From contig NZ_CP010546.1 of NCBI RefSeq assembly GCF_001272835.1, forward strand, positions 602,809 to 634,808: a stretch of DNA of 32,000 nt, written 5' to 3'. Made by a program: the position numbers and the translations under genes. The notes beneath the pieces are model-generated. The model saw nothing but the letters and a program-made list of their open reading frames with translations. It was not told where the DNA came from and did not search any database. Positions 31,295 to 32,000 of the stretch are shown piece by piece. This DNA is from Mycoplasmoides pneumoniae FH (GTDB lineage Bacteria; Bacillota_I; Bacilli_A; Mycoplasmatales; Mycoplasmoidaceae). The first letter of the stretch is position 1. The number at the start of each line of letters is the position of its first letter.

Positions 31295-32000
31295 CTAGTA
31301 AATTTTACCTAGTTTATTATGCTTCAAAATATCGTGCATTGCTTTACAGAAACTTTCATGCTTGCTGTTAAACATTTGGTGTTGACTGTGTAAGATAACC
31401 CCTGATTGCAAGTTACCTTTCTTAATCAAAAAGCGGTTAAAGTAGTTTAAAGTAGCTTTTGTAGGCATAAAATCATCATGTTGAGCCAACAGTAAAAAGG
31501 CTGGTATGGTAATAGTTTTATAAGCACTGTTTAAGCGCGACAATTCCTTAAAGATCTGAAAGGTGAGTTTTTTGCACATAGCAGTATGCTTGTCTAACTC
31601 CATTTGTCACTGTCCATCGTTTTGTAAATCAGGAAACTTTGGTTGAAACATCCGCTTAAAGTAAGACAGCTTTTCGTCCTTCTTTTTAAAAGCCTTTTTA
31701 ATCTTGTAGTAATTCAACAAGTTGGAATAAGACAGTGGCGCTAAGAGCACTAGTTTTTCCACTCGTTGTGGTTTTAAAAACTGCAATGCATAACTAGCCA
31801 CTGCCCCACCCATGCTGTGTCCTATTAAAACAATGTTTTCTAAATCTTGCTTTTCAATTCAAGCTACCAATAAATGGGCATAGTGAATAGGTGACAATTC
31901 CTTGTCAGTAAAACCATGGTGGTTATGACCCGGTCACAAGGGTGCGTAATAGTCATAATCCACCAGCGTTTCAGAAAAGCTCTTAAAATAAGAATGGTGC
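31295..32000 (-). CDS. Alpha/beta-hydrolase (putative esterase/lipase), 5'-partial at the window edge
   Basis: Track ORFs 31295..31603 and 31607..31813 share a frame joined by TGA, and the frame stays open to position 32000 through further TGA codons. It has the nucleophile elbow [16 protein letters not shown] and ends at TAG 31295-31297. Confidence 0.8.

Overview
The window reads as a Mycoplasma (Mycoplasmoides) pneumoniae-type chromosome segment, and it only makes sense under translation table 4 (UGA = Trp). Every long gene in the supplied standard-code ORF track is cut at in-frame TGA codons. I re-joined the pieces by hand and checked the joins codon by codon. Organism and family assignments come from my reading of the translations and from memory; no alignment or database search was run.

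Layout from left to right:
- 1-6720: a repeat-rich accessory region. It holds two DUF16/RepMP1-type coiled-coil genes, a visibly GC-rich and start-less block of adhesin-operon cassettes (a P1-like copy followed by an ORF6/P40-P90-like copy) bracketed by imperfect direct repeats of roughly 250-300 bp, a small lipoprotein gene preceded by a T17 tract, and a short ORF with a RepMP1-type leader.
- 6956-10548: a 793-aa lipoprotein resembling a solute-binding protein, then a stand-alone type I restriction-modification specificity gene (hsdS).
- 10576-18860: four tandem minus-strand paralogs of about 635-645 codons. Two are intact, one carries a 1-nt frameshift and one an in-frame TAG. One of the intact copies has a T16 tract directly next to its putative -10 box.
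- 19011-20342: a decayed gene for a VirD4/TraG-like coupling-protein ATPase.
- 20504-28555: rpoC and rpoB, both intact.
- 28648-32000: a flavodoxin-fold reductase-like gene, a disrupted Lys/Glu-rich reading frame, a 348-aa hypothetical gene, and a partial alpha/beta-hydrolase gene that runs off the window edge.

I found no rRNA, tRNA, CRISPR array or transposase.

The points most worth follow-up are the coupling-protein remnant beside rpoC, the two long homopolymer tracts upstream of surface-protein genes, the repeat architecture around the silent adhesin cassettes, and the partly decayed paralog array.
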